Below are positions 33,807-48,674 of a stretch of DNA of 64,000 nt, piece after piece (position 1 is the stretch's first letter; every line of letters starts with the position of its first letter). Under the pieces are notes generated by a model. It was not told the origin of the DNA and ran no database searches. It saw only the letters and a list, made by a program, of their open reading frames with translations. Source of the DNA: the human T2T-CHM13v2.0 reference genome, Homo sapiens. The DNA is taken from assembly GCF_009914755.1 (NCBI RefSeq), contig NC_060927.1. One strand, written 5' to 3'. The position numbers and the translations under genes were made by a program.

Positions 33807-34001
33807 CTGTGAGGACGTCACAGTCCTTGGGCCGGATGAAGCCTCTCTGAATAAGGGCACCCACGGGGACATCCCAGCCTGCAGGGCTGCCGAAACCGGC
33901 GTGGCAGGAGCGCTTGCCCCGAAGCTCATCCAAGGTGAAGGCGTGGGAGCTGTCCCGTCTCACCACGGCCACCACGTAGTACGAGTTGCTGCTGTCTTCC
34001 G
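33807..34001 (-). CDS. MELTF: Melanotransferrin exon 11 (SYYVVAVV...SCHAGFGSPAGWDVP)
   Basis: CAG acceptor, GTACCC donor, 195 nt; frame continuous. Confidence 0.96.
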
Positions 34002-34886
34002 CTGGGGAGAGAGGGACTCACGTGAGGGGCCCCTCATCTGAGAGCCCGGGCAAGTGCCTGGGGGGGTCCTTCCTTCAAACCCACTCCTTCCTGTCTCTTT
34101 GCCTGAGCTATGCAGGCCAAAGAGTACCCAGGCCTGAGGCCAGGGTGTTCTGGGAGCAGGCCCAGCGGGGGCCCCTGCCTGCGTCCCCTGTGAGAAGCAG
34201 CCTCTTGCCTCCACTTTCCAGCCTTGTCTTCCTCTGGCCCCAGCAGTCCTTCCCCACAGGGGCTTCTTTCTTTCCTTAAACCCAGGTGGTATTTTTCTCA
34301 CTACCCAGGAGGAAAGTGGAGGCGCAGCTGAGGCTGCAGAAGCATTTTCCTACAGCCCAGAGATTGCTCACACCCAGGTGGAAGGGACCCAGGCCTCTGA
34401 GGTCACCAGTAAGAGGACAGAGGCCAAAGCCCCAGCCCAGGCCCCTGAGAAGGTGCAAATGAGCTGCCAGGGGGACTCTGAAGGGCCACTTTCCATGGCT
34501 GCTTAGGGCCAGAAGAGGCTGAGGAGGCCCCAGTAGTCCAAGATGGCAAACTACGAGGCCTGCTCTTGTATGGCCTGGGTTGTAAGCTAAGAATGGTTTT
34601 TATATTTTGAAAGGGTTATTGAAAGAGAGACTGTCTGTCGTCTGCAAAGCCTCATGTATTTATCCTCTAGTCCTTCACAGAAAGTTTGCCAGCCCCTTAG
34701 AGACGTTTGTTGAATAGTTGGGGAAACTGAGGCCTGGGGCAGGAGGGGCAGGCCTGGTGACAGGCAGCCACTATCCCCAGGAGAGAGGCATGGAGCTTTT
34801 GAAAATGGCTGAGGGGGGCACTCTTTTATATTTATAAAAATATCCCCACCTCCCGGCTGAGGCCAGGCGGCAGGCCCTGCACTCAC

Positions 34887-34983
34887 GGGCATAGTGCTCC
34901 CCGGCTGCGGGAACCAGGCCGTACGTCTTCCCCGCCGTGTAAATGTCCTCGCCACTCAGGGTCACAGCGTCGACCTGCTCAGC
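34887..34983 (-). CDS. MELTF: Melanotransferrin exon 10 (AEQVDAVTLSGEDIYTAGKTYGLVPAAGEHYA)
   Basis: CAG acceptor, GTGAGT donor, 97 nt. Confidence 0.97.
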
Positions 34984-36369
34984 CTGAAGGGAATAGAAGA
35001 AGCCACTGGGCCGGGGTGGGCCCAGGATGGCTCTGGATGTCGGGGTCCTGTGGAGGTGGCAGGGCCTGGTCTCTTGGGGTTTGTGGCCTCAGGCTTCCTT
35101 CCCCTGGGGAATGTGGGTGGGGAGTACCCCATCCTGGCAGTCTGTCCCTTCCTCTCCTTGTGAAGACGCCTGGCCAGGAGTGGTGCCTGGAGGACCAAGG
35201 GGCAGAAACACCCACGCAGCACTCCTGCGCGTGGCCACCCAGGGTCCCCTGTGTCCCTGCTCTGAGCAAAGCAAGCGCGATCCCTACCCTCATGCTTGGC
35301 GTGGGCCTCCCTGTGCCCTGCCAGCCCCCAGACAGCCGGGCACCGCCTCTCCAGCACCTGGCCAAGGGCCAGCACAGCGTGTGCTGCAATGCCTGTCTGT
35401 TAAATGCGTGTACAGATGGAAGAATGACCGGATCTGAAACGATGGCAGTCTCAGGGCCTGGGGAGGAGGCTTCAGGGCTGAGGGATGGAGCTCTGCCTGC
35501 GGAGGCGCGGGAGGGTCCAGTGCCTTCTTCCCAGGACCCTCCTGGGGCCTCCAGGTCACCTGCACCCACCCCGCTTGTCCATTCGGAAGCCTCTTGACAG
35601 GTGGTCCCAGGACCCCGCCAAGGGGCTAACTGGTAACAGAGCCATAGTAGTGTGATTAACCTCAAGGGAAGGGGATGACAGTGTGACAGTGGGGGAGAGT
35701 GGGGACACCTGTGCCCCAGGAAGGTGTCCCACGCCATTCCTGAAGAGGCATGAAGTGATGGCGGTTAATAACAGGCAGCGGCGTTGATATTTGGGGCCAG
35801 GAGGGTGCACAGCTCGGGGCCCTTTTTCCACCACTCAGACCTCCCCCTTCCTATTGTGCTGTCGGGCAGGACACAGACCCTGCACCACAGCCCAGGGCGC
35901 TTCTGGCTGATGGTCCCTTCCCTGGGTAACTGGCAGGGCAGGAATGGGTGTTACAGCCACACTGGACTCCTCTCTGAGAACCTCAGAAGCTAGAACTGAG
36001 GGTCTTTGAGCCCTTTGCTGGGGTTCTGAGGAGCCCCTGAAGTCTCTCCTCTTCCTGCAGGCCCCAGGGCAGCCCCGTGGCCCTCTGTGAGCCCAGATTG
36101 AGAGGAGGCTGTCACTCAGAGGGAGCTGAAACCTCCCTCCCTGCACCTCTCCCTGCTCTGGGGCTCTTGGAACAATAGGGCAGCCTGCCAGGCATTAGGA
36201 AATAAAGACCCTCCCAACGAGCCCTTTCCGCAGTTCCGGTGGAGGTTCCTCTGTCACCGTCACACACAGTCGCGCTCAGCTCTGCACAAGGACAGGCTTC
36301 TATCGGGCCTGCGGAAGCTCCCGGAACACCCCCGCCTCGGGCCTGGGCACTCCTTGGCCTGAGGCTGGG

Positions 36370-36431
36370 GTGGTCTCCACTCCTGAGATCCAGAAGTGTG
36401 AAGACAGGGCTGTGGCCTGGCTCAGGCAACG
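36370..36431 (+). repeat. Inverted partial copy of MELTF exon 9 within intron 9
   Basis: 52/62 nt ungapped identity to exon 9 sense sequence (39679-39618). Confidence 0.9.
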
Positions 36432-37227
36432 CGGTGTGGGGAGGCTCATACAGCACATCCCGGCTGGTGACTTTGGGCAAGTTACTTCCCCAGCCTCTCT
36501 CTCCCCGGTTCCAGACCCAGAAGTGGGGCTGATGGTCACAGCCACCGCCAGGGCTGTTGTGAGGGTTACACGAGATGATCCACACAATGGCCCTCACTGT
36601 GTGGGGCATACGGGGAGTGTCAGCTTGCGCGATGGTCATCGTCGTAAGCCTGGTCACCCTGTATTCTTGCCCGGTCTCCTCTTTGTGGCCTTCCAGTCGA
36701 TGTGGTTCCCTGGCCTGGGCAGAGTTGGCACTGCTGAGGGGCCTGTGCTTGGGGACCCCCTGAGCAGGCCCCACCTACTTGCTCTGAAAACAAAAACTGG
36801 GGAGTGTGAACACCCAAGGGCTGACAGCCGGGGCTCTGGGCCGAGGCTGGACACCTGTGACCACAGCAGTCCTCCCTGACTGCAGGGCCACGGGGGCCCC
36901 CTCTGCATCTGGCGTTAGTCTCCAGGCAGAGAAGAGAACCAGGAAAGAGCTGAACAGGCACTAGAGATCAGGCCAGTGTTTCTAGCTGCGGATGGTGAGC
37001 CTATTCATGGGGGCCAAATCGAGTGGGTCATGACAAGTGTCAGGAAAAAAAGGATTAGAATAGAATACATTAGAAAATAGTGGGTACCATTTGTGTCATA
37101 TCTCTGTATATAAAGGACATACATTTTTAAATTTCTATCTGAAAGAAAAGTTTCCGTTCACTAGATTGTGATCAATGCAAAATGTATTCTGAGTGCTCGG
37201 TGCTGTCAGCAATGCTGAACTTCCCTA

Positions 37228-39140
<1,913 letters not shown>

Positions 39141-39324
39141 AAGTCGAACAATGATCCACGCCCACTCTCTATTGCACAAGGGAAGGCTGAGATTCAGAAA
39201 GGGGAAGGGGCTTGCCCCAGGCTACAGGGCGTCAGTGCCCAGCTGGGCCAGCGCTTCTTCTGCTCCTGGCACCCCCACTTAGTGAGGAGCTCCCAGGCTC
39301 TCCAGGGGACTCACCCCTATCTGC

Positions 39325-39432
39325 CTGTCCCCTGGGGTGGGTGCTGGCCCCTGCGGTCGCTCCTCCCCGCCTGTCTCTGTCCCCTGGGGTGGGTGCTGGC
39401 CCCTGCGGTCGCTCCTCCCCACCCGTCTCTGT
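39325..39432. repeat. 52-bp tandem duplication in intron 9
   Basis: ctgtcccctggggtgggtgctggcccctgcggtcgctcctcccc at 39325 and 39377. Confidence 0.9.
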
Positions 39433-39553
39433 GGGCTTGTTGCAGTAGACACTCTCCTCTTCCCCAGGCAGCAGGGGGTGTGGGTAGTAAGAACTGCCCA
39501 GGCACTGCCACCACCCGCCCACCTGGCCCACGCTGCACCTGCGTGACTCCCAC

Positions 39554-39705
39554 CTGGATCCGCTCCATGCAGTGTTGGGGGGACTTGGCTGACACGCACT
39601 GGATCTCTGGCTTGAGCCGCTGCCGGCGGAAGGCCACGGCCATGTCTCCACACTTCTGGATCTCGGGAGTGGAGAGCACACACCAGCGCAGGTAGGGGGG
39701 CAGCC
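39554..39705 (-). CDS. MELTF: Melanotransferrin exon 9 (C-lobe start, RLPPYLRWCVLSTPEIQKC...CMERIQ)
   Basis: CAG acceptor, GTGGGA donor, 152 nt; LRWC motif paralogous to exon 2. Confidence 0.97.
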
Positions 39706-40377
39706 CTGGGGTGGGGCAAGCAAGCGGTCACTGCCAGGCCAGTACTGCCATGGAAGAGCATGGAGTCGGACCCAAGGGAAATTCTGGGCCTTTCTCCTGT
39801 CAGGTGTGTGGCTGGGATAAGTTATTTAACCATCGGATCCCACTTCCTCACACAGAAAAGGGGCAACTGTGAGGCCTGAGGAAGACCATGGCTGGCGTGC
39901 ATGTAACTCAGTGTGTGGTACCCACTTCCCTGGCTGGAGGTGGAAGATACATGGGGCCAGGGGGCTAAAGGCAAGAAGCTCACTTGTAGACTACTGCAAT
40001 AGTCCAGGCGAAAGATGGCACCTGCGCCAGGGCTGTAGCCATGGGGTAGAGGCGGGGAGTAGGAGCGAGAGGCTGTAGAAGAGCTGACAGGATGCCATGG
40101 CCGTGGATGGGGGGGCGAGGAGACCCTTCCCAAGACAGATTCTGATGGTCTGCATCCTCCCCCGCTGCGGCCAGGTGGGGCTTCCGAGGTACAACAGGCC
40201 ATACAGTGGAAGAGATGCCTCCTCCCCAAAGCCCCAGGGGCAGAGGAATGGAAATGACAGGTTCCCGCAGAGGCCTCCCTGGTGAGCGTCTTCCCCCGGC
40301 CACTTTCCCAGAGAGCCTCGCCATGCCCGAGGTTGAGCTGGGCTGGAGCTGGCAGCAGTGGGGACAGGTGGACTTAC

Positions 40378-40558
40378 GGTTGGGGTCACAGAGCAGACCC
40401 TTCATGGCGTGCAGGTACTCATGGCCCAGCCACGCCTCATAGGTCTGTGTGGCGATGGGCACAAGCTCCGAGGTAGAGTCTTTGAAGAGTAGATCCTTCT
40501 GGCCATAGGCCTCAGAGCTGAACATCTGGAAGCTGCTGCCCTCGTGGCTGAACAGACG
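40378..40558 (-). CDS. MELTF: Melanotransferrin exon 8 (RLFSHEGSSFQMFSS...DLLFKDST...CDPN)
   Basis: CAG acceptor, GTAAGT donor, 181 nt; DLLFKDS motif. Confidence 0.97.
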
Positions 40559-41291
40559 CTGTGTGTCAAGGGGTGTGGTACAGGGTGGTGAGGGTGCTGA
40601 CAGGCCATATCCTTCCCTCCCACTTTGGCCCCTACCTCCTTCTTCCCCGACCTCAGACCAGGCACCCACCCTGAGGGCCAGGTGAGGCCTCCCTCTTCTG
40701 CGGCGCCTCCCCTGATCTGCGGCCTCCTTCCCCTGGGCCCTGTCAGTTCTGGGTCTACTCTGAGTTCATTTGGCCTCCTCACACTCAGCTGTTTGGACAC
40801 ATGGCTGTGGCCAGGCATGGGACGGTCCTGAGGACACGCCGTGGGGCTGGTGGTAGCAGCCTGGATAGGGCAAAACTAACTGAGCCTGGGGCACCAGCAG
40901 TCAGAAGTCTATTGCTGTCACAAGCGGCGGTTTTAGCCAAACCTTATTCGCCACATGTAATTAATGGTGTGCTTTGAAAGGCGCTGGTTTTGTTACTTGG
41001 TTTATTTGCTCATATGTTTTGGTTTTAGCTCTCAGAGACACAAGTCTCAGGAGCTTCTTCTGAGGGTGCCTGAATCCCTGGGTCCCCCTCCTCTGGGCCC
41101 CCCTCTCCTGGCCAGCCCTCCTTCTGGCCAGCCAGCATAGTCGGTTCCTCACTCTGACCTGGCCCGATGCTGGGGTCCGTCCCAAGGACAGTCTCTGGGT
41201 CCTGCCCCTCCTGGTCCCACCCTGCTGAGCGACCACAAGGCCCAGCACCATCTAGGAAGCTGTGCAGGTGGTTGGGGGACCCTGAGCCCAC

Positions 41292-41479
41292 CTGGCCTTC
41301 GTTGAGCAGCCGGAAGATGAGGCCCCCATCTGTGTCGGCCCGGACCACCACGGCGTGAGCAGGCACCCGGGCCAGATGGCACTGCCTCCACTCGGTGACA
41401 TCGGCCCGGCTACCATCCCGGCACAGCAGCTCGAAGTCCTGTGACAGCAGGGCCTGGCCCCAGGAGGGAAGCGTCTTCC
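41292..41479 (-). CDS. MELTF: Melanotransferrin exon 7 (GKTLPSWG...FELLC...[12 protein letters not shown], iron ligand His279)
   Basis: CAG acceptor, GTGGGC donor, 188 nt; ELLC and [12 protein letters not shown] motifs. Confidence 0.97.
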
Positions 41480-41784
41480 CTGGGAAGCAGGAAGCCTGGG
41501 CTGAGCCAGCTCCGAAAGGGGTTGGGGCGGGTGGCGGGGAAGGCCCAGGAGAGGGAATCTGAGGGGTGGCTGGGTGTCATGGACATGAGAACCCAGCATT
41601 CAGAAGGTGGCAGAGCTTGGTGGCCGCACCCAACTCCAGGTACCTACACAGACTCTATCTCGTTACTCTCATTTTCTAGCTCTCACCAATTTCTATTGCT
41701 AAAGTGAATTGGAGGTATCTGACAGTAATACAATACTTATAAATAACTATTCAAGATAAAAAAAGTAAGAAAATAAGAAAGGCT

Positions 41785-42221
<437 letters not shown>

Positions 42222-42240
42222 CTACCCACCCCAGGACTAG

Positions 42241-42932
<692 letters not shown>

Positions 42933-43654
42933 CTCCTTTTGACCGCTTTTAACCTGGTTAAGGACATAGTTGACAGGCAATTTTGCATCCTATTTGGTAG
43001 AGTATTTTTCCACAGTATTGGAAACTTTCCATAAGTTCATTTGTTTCTCGATAGAAAAGAAAATTTGCAAGAGTAACTATTAACACCAAACAGGGATATT
43101 GAGAAGACGAATATTAAGGACTATAATTAAACCACAGATGGTCCCACATAACAATATTTTTATGACCTTAAGACAAGGAGGAAAAAAACCTCTACAAGGA
43201 AATAGGAAGAAAAAAGATAATTTGTATGGTCATGAAAGCTTTCACTGCAAAGCTATTTTAAAACAAAACCAAACACCCGCACCAGAGTGATCGTTTAGGA
43301 AAACTCCCTAAAGGTCATTGTTAATGGCCACATGGTAGTTTACAGCACTGTTAATGATTCAGTGTAGTCCTACCCCCGCTTCCCAACTTTCCTGTTTTTC
43401 GGCGGCTGCAAAACCTTTGGTTAGAGCTCTGGGGCATCATTTGCCTTCCCACAGACAAAGGCATCATTTAGGTGCTTCCATCAGCCACTCCCGCTTCTCC
43501 TCAGCCAAGAACAATGAAAGTCCTGTCACTTCCCTGCTTTAGACATTTATGCCACTTCTACCCCTTGGCTCTTACCAATCTTTCTGTATAAAGTCACTTA
43601 AAAAATGACTCCCTTAGATTGCCTCAGATTACCATCAACACTTTGAAAAAGCTG

Positions 43655-43768
43655 CCAGGTGCACGCCTGTCATCCCAGCTACTCAGGAGGCTGAGATGCG
43701 AGGATCAGTTGAGGCTGGGGGTTTGAGACCAGCCTGGGCAACATGGTGAGACCCCCATCTCAAAAAAA
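43655..43768 (+). mobile_element. FLAM/Alu monomer
   Basis: Monomeric Alu-like sequence with A-tail. Confidence 0.75.
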
Positions 43769-43793
43769 ACCCCAAGTTTGAAAGAGCTGATTC

Positions 43794-43990
43794 TTAACCC
43801 AACATATCCCTACTCTTTGCCCGTTTTCCAAATTCTCCTTTGTCAGACTCGTCCTGGGGCCTGTGAACGGGAGCCCATTTCCAGGCTTGCCCAGCACTAG
43901 AGCGCATCGTCCTACGTGCTTCCTCGTGTGCAGGGCACTCGCCTTCTTCCTCCTCAGATCTGGTCCATGTTTGCCTTCGTGATGGACTTT
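43794..43990 (-). CDS. MELTF: Alternative terminal exon of the short MELTF isoform (ESPSRRQTWTRSEEEEG...KSRDMLG*)
   Basis: TTTTAAATCAG acceptor in the right phase after exon 6. Exons 1-6 (712 nt) plus 197 nt give 909 nt = 302 aa, matching my recollection of the annotated short isoform. Confidence 0.85.
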
Positions 43991-44029
43991 CTGATTTAAA
44001 AGGCAATGGTTAATAACAGCAAAGAATGA

Positions 44030-44815
44030 CAATGATTTAAAAAAAAAACCCAATCATCAGACGTCCTGGGAGACGCAAAACTGCAGACAGAACGGTGTGT
44101 TTGCTGCTTGCTGGCAGGTGCGGGGAGATAACTAGCAGGGGCCTGAGGAACTCCTGGGCTGAAGGGTCTGCCCCATCAAGATCTCGATTGTGGTGGTGGT
44201 TATACAACTGCATGTATTTGGCAAAACTCATAGAACTATCCTTCAAAAAGAACAAATTTTGCTGCATGTAAATTATATCTCAATTTAAAAAAAGAAACAA
44301 TCTTCAGGCAAATCTAAATTGAGGGACATTCTATAAAATAACCGGCCTGATGCTTCAAAATGCCAATGTCATAAAAACAAAGACTGAGAAACTGTTCCAA
44401 GATAAAGGAAAGTAAAGAGATCTAACAACTAAACCCCATGCGTGGTAAGAGTTTAGGTCCTGGTCTGCAAGAAATGGGCATGAAGGACAGAATTGGGACG
44501 GTGAGTGAATCTGCAATATCGGCTATAGACTGGATAACAGGATTGTATCAAAGTTGCGTGTCCTGATTTGGATTACTGTGGCTAGGTACACACCTCCTTG
44601 TCTTAGGAGATACATACTAAAGTATTCAAGGGGTATGACATAGGCAAATGTACTCTCAAATGGGTCAGAACACACACGCACACACACACACACACACAAT
44701 AAAATGTGGGAAAATGCTAAACAGTTAGAATTTGGGTGAAGAATAGAAGGGAGCTCTTTGAGTTATTCTTGTAAGTTTTCCAAAGCTCAGTTCTTTCAAA
44801 ATTAAAAAACTTAAA
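44030..44815 (+). mobile_element. Ancient L1 3' fragments
   Basis: tgtatttggcaaaactcatagaact...aattatatctcaattt motif. Confidence 0.55.
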
Positions 44816-44818
44816 TGA

Positions 44819-45281
<463 letters not shown>

Positions 45282-45592
45282 TCAGACCCTCATCTTCAGG
45301 TGGAACCAGAACCCAATGCCATATTCAAATCAAAGCAGAGCAGAGCTGCTCGCTGGCCCCCTTCTCCTGCCCTGTGGGCAGTGGGCACTCCACTGGTGAC
45401 ACCTGCCTCTGCTCTTTTGCAGCTGGGAGTGCTGAGGCTCGGAGACTGTGGGACTTGTCCAAGGTCACCCAGAGACTCAGAGCAGCACTGCACTAGGGCG
45501 TTTGATCCCAACTCTGCCATCTAGGGTCCCTGCCCCAAGCCGGCCTGGCCTGACTCCCTGCTCCTCTGGGCCCGTGCCCCTCCCCCACTCAC

Positions 45593-45660
45593 CATCCGTG
45601 TTCTCCAGTACCGTGCTGTGCTTCACAAAAGCCACGTCCCCTGCCCCTTCCGCCAGGCAC
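45593..45660 (-). CDS. MELTF: Melanotransferrin exon 6 (CLAEGAGDVAFVKHSTVLENTD)
   Basis: CAG acceptor, GTGAGT donor, 68 nt; GDVAFVKH motif. Confidence 0.97.
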
Positions 45661-46039
45661 CTGCGGAGGAGAAGCTGTGGGTCTGGATGGGCTGAGCCCC
45701 TGCCCCTGCCCATCTTCCACCTCTGGAGGCCTGGCTTGGGCTGTAGGGGTGGCCATGATGGGCATGGGCTTTCCAGTTGTGTGGTCTGGGTTCCAGCTCC
45801 CTGGCTGGTCGGCTGTGTGCCTTTGCCGAGTTGTGGCCCCTTCCTAGCCCCTATCATCTGTAAAGCGGGGGTGGGAAAGTAGCTCCCACAGGGCTGCTCT
45901 GAGGATGAGAGGCTCCTTATAATCCAGTATGGACCCTCTCCATCTTAGCTCAGGCCTGTAGGGAGCAGGCACTCCCAGGGCAGCTGCTATTATAATATCA
46001 GCAGCCTTGACTCTCAGGGCGTCGGTTTTCTGTGTGTTT

Positions 46040-46223
<184 letters not shown>

Positions 46224-47145
46224 TGAAGAGCATTCTACCCTGAGGCAGGGGATTGGACTAGAAGGCCTTTTCATGCCATGCCGCAGAATCCTCAGTGGAA
46301 GGGACCATTGACTTTTACACGATCTGCTGATGTCACTGCCCAGTGTTGGAGGCAGGTCAGACCTCCTGGGCAAAGGGTCTGCTTGGGTCCCCACGGGCAG
46401 AAAATGCACAGGGATTAGAGCAGATCGGGGCGGGCGACATCAGGAGAGGGCTCTGAGGCTCCAAGAGAGCCAGAGAGAATGTGTGCATGGCCAAGGACAC
46501 GGGGAGTGGAGGGGCAAGGCTGTCCCGCTCAGGGGTGCTGAGGACTGTTTCTTCTCTCTAAGCCGAAAACCGCATCCAGTCAGATAACATCTGGAGTGTG
46601 GGGCACCAGCAGGCTTCCCTGCTCCAGGTGGAAACGTGAGGTAGCTAGAGGGGCCCGAGAAGCTTCCTTTCCAATCCTGCTGAGCACATTTCCTCCTCTG
46701 CAGGCAGATGGAATTGGACCACGAGCTGTTAGAGTCTCCTGCATCCACGGAAGGGTTACCCAAGGTGCCAGCCGCAACCAGCAGCAGAGACGGGCCGGCC
46801 CCAGGTGTCCAGACACACTCCCCTGACCCCGCTCCCTGCTGGTCTGAGAATGGGGACATGGGAGTGGCCAAAAGGCTGTTTTTTCCATTTTCTTCTCTTG
46901 GAGCCCTCACCTCACTAAATATACCAAACACGTTGATTTCATGAGCAAATCCGGTTTGGCATATTCCAGCTGGATGTTTTTAAACTAACCAGGGCACAGA
47001 ACTATATAAAGGGTGCTTTGATGAGACGCAGCCAACATGCCACTTCCCCCTCCACGGCCCTCTCTGGGCAAAGGTGTTTTTCCCCAGCATTTGTGGCCTC
47101 AGCTCCTCCCTGCCCGCGGCCCCTCCCTGCCCCCACTCCGCTCAC

Positions 47146-47302
47146 CGGAAGGCCCCGCTGTAGTCGTAGTATCTCTCCAGGGGGCTCTTGTCACACACCC
47201 CTTCCCCAGAGCTGTCACCCCTGCAGAGGCGACAGAGGGACTCAGAGTAACTGGTCTCTCCTGCCCCCGGGACGCAGCTGCCCCCAAAATAGTCGCTGAC
47301 AG
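47146..47302 (-). CDS. MELTF: Melanotransferrin exon 5 ([13 protein letters not shown]...YYDYSGAFR)
   Basis: CAG acceptor, GTGAGC donor, 157 nt; SCVPG and YxGAFR motifs. Confidence 0.96.
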
Positions 47303-48491
47303 CTGTGGGAAGGAGGTAGAGAGGTCACTCAGCGGAACTTTCTTCAGAGCCAAGCCAAGCCCCCAGGGTCAGCAGGGGGCCCGGGCTCTCATCTGGACTC
47401 TGCTGAGAATGGTTCCACCTTCCAGCTTCAGTCTGAGCAAAGCTGGGGAGTGGACCCGATCAGTGACCCCCAAACCGGGTCCACCAAGGCAGCAGACAGC
47501 ACTGGGAGCGACTGTCATTTAAAAGTGGTTCGGGGGAACTAAACATTTCCTCCTAAATGACCACGTGGGATAACTCAGTATCAGCCAGATGCTCTTCTCA
47601 CTGTGGGTTTCATTTCCAGCTCAGCCAACTGTGACTGATGACAGAGGGGAAATAAAGAATTATTGAAGATCACTGATGGGTAGACAACCCTTCTCACGGC
47701 ACAGGGAGGGAGGCACACGCCCGGCGGCCAGCCTCACGGGGGACGAGGTCAGGGTCTGCCGCCCTGCATGGTTCTTCCGGCCCTGCCAGCACCAAAACCC
47801 ACAAGTATTTATCCTGTGCCGCGCGAGGAGGCCCTGCTGCTGGCACCTGAGCCAGTCGGGCCACGCTCATCGCCAGCCAGACTGAGCTTTTCCAGAGTAA
47901 GCCCTCTTCCTGGTTTTTTTTTTGTGACCTCCCAGAGGAGTAGATATTTAATAAATATGCCAAGTGCCTGGTGAGCCACTCACACCTGGCCACCAGCTGA
48001 GAGGGTGAGGCTTCCAGGCTCTCGCGGGTTTACACGGCTGGTTGGGCTGATGAGCCACTTGGGAGCTTTCTGGGTGCAAGTCGGCACCTCGTTTGGGTCC
48101 TGAAAAAATAGCATTTCTGGTCCTGTAAAGCCGAGGACACATTTCTAGACACAGTGACATGCGCCCGGTCTATACTGGTGGGAAGCACTCCTGGGAGATT
48201 CACTGCTTCCCACTCATGGGCTGGGCCTGTGCCTGGCTGTGCCATGTGGGACACCACGATGCGTGAGCAAGAATCGCGCCCCACAGGGTCCAAGCAAGCA
48301 GGAAGTCAAGCGGCGGCGCCGGCGGCAGAGTGGAGGCGGGGGAGGCACGGGGCGGGCGGGGGCTGCTGCGCCTTCCAGGAATGAAGAATGGTGGCGAGGC
48401 CGGAGGGAGGCTACCCAGTGAAGGGACGAGCATGGGCCAAGGAAAGGAGGGGGAGGCCTGGGGACCCTCCTGCCCAGCCCAAAGCCCTCAC

Positions 48492-48674
48492 CTTTGAGTA
48501 CATCGCAGCCCATCACCGAGAGGCGGCCGCTCTCCACCAGGTAGCCCACGGGCACGTTCCAGCCCACTGTGCGATTGATGCCCGTGTGGCAGGACTTCAC
48601 GCCTTTCAGGGTGTCAATGGTCACATGGGAGCTCCTCCTGACCACAGCCACGGCGTAATAGGAGGTACCGACCT
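48492..48674 (-). CDS. MELTF: Melanotransferrin exon 4 (YYAVAVV, SCHTGINRTVGWNVP)
   Basis: TAG acceptor, GTGAGG donor, 183 nt; transferrin tyrosine-ligand and anion-binding motifs. Confidence 0.97.

Noticed and set aside
47830-47870. Minus-strand peptide RLAQVPA resembling exon 7/14 HLARVPA / NLAQIPP
   Set aside because: Only about 6 codons with no flanking similarity; compatible with chance.
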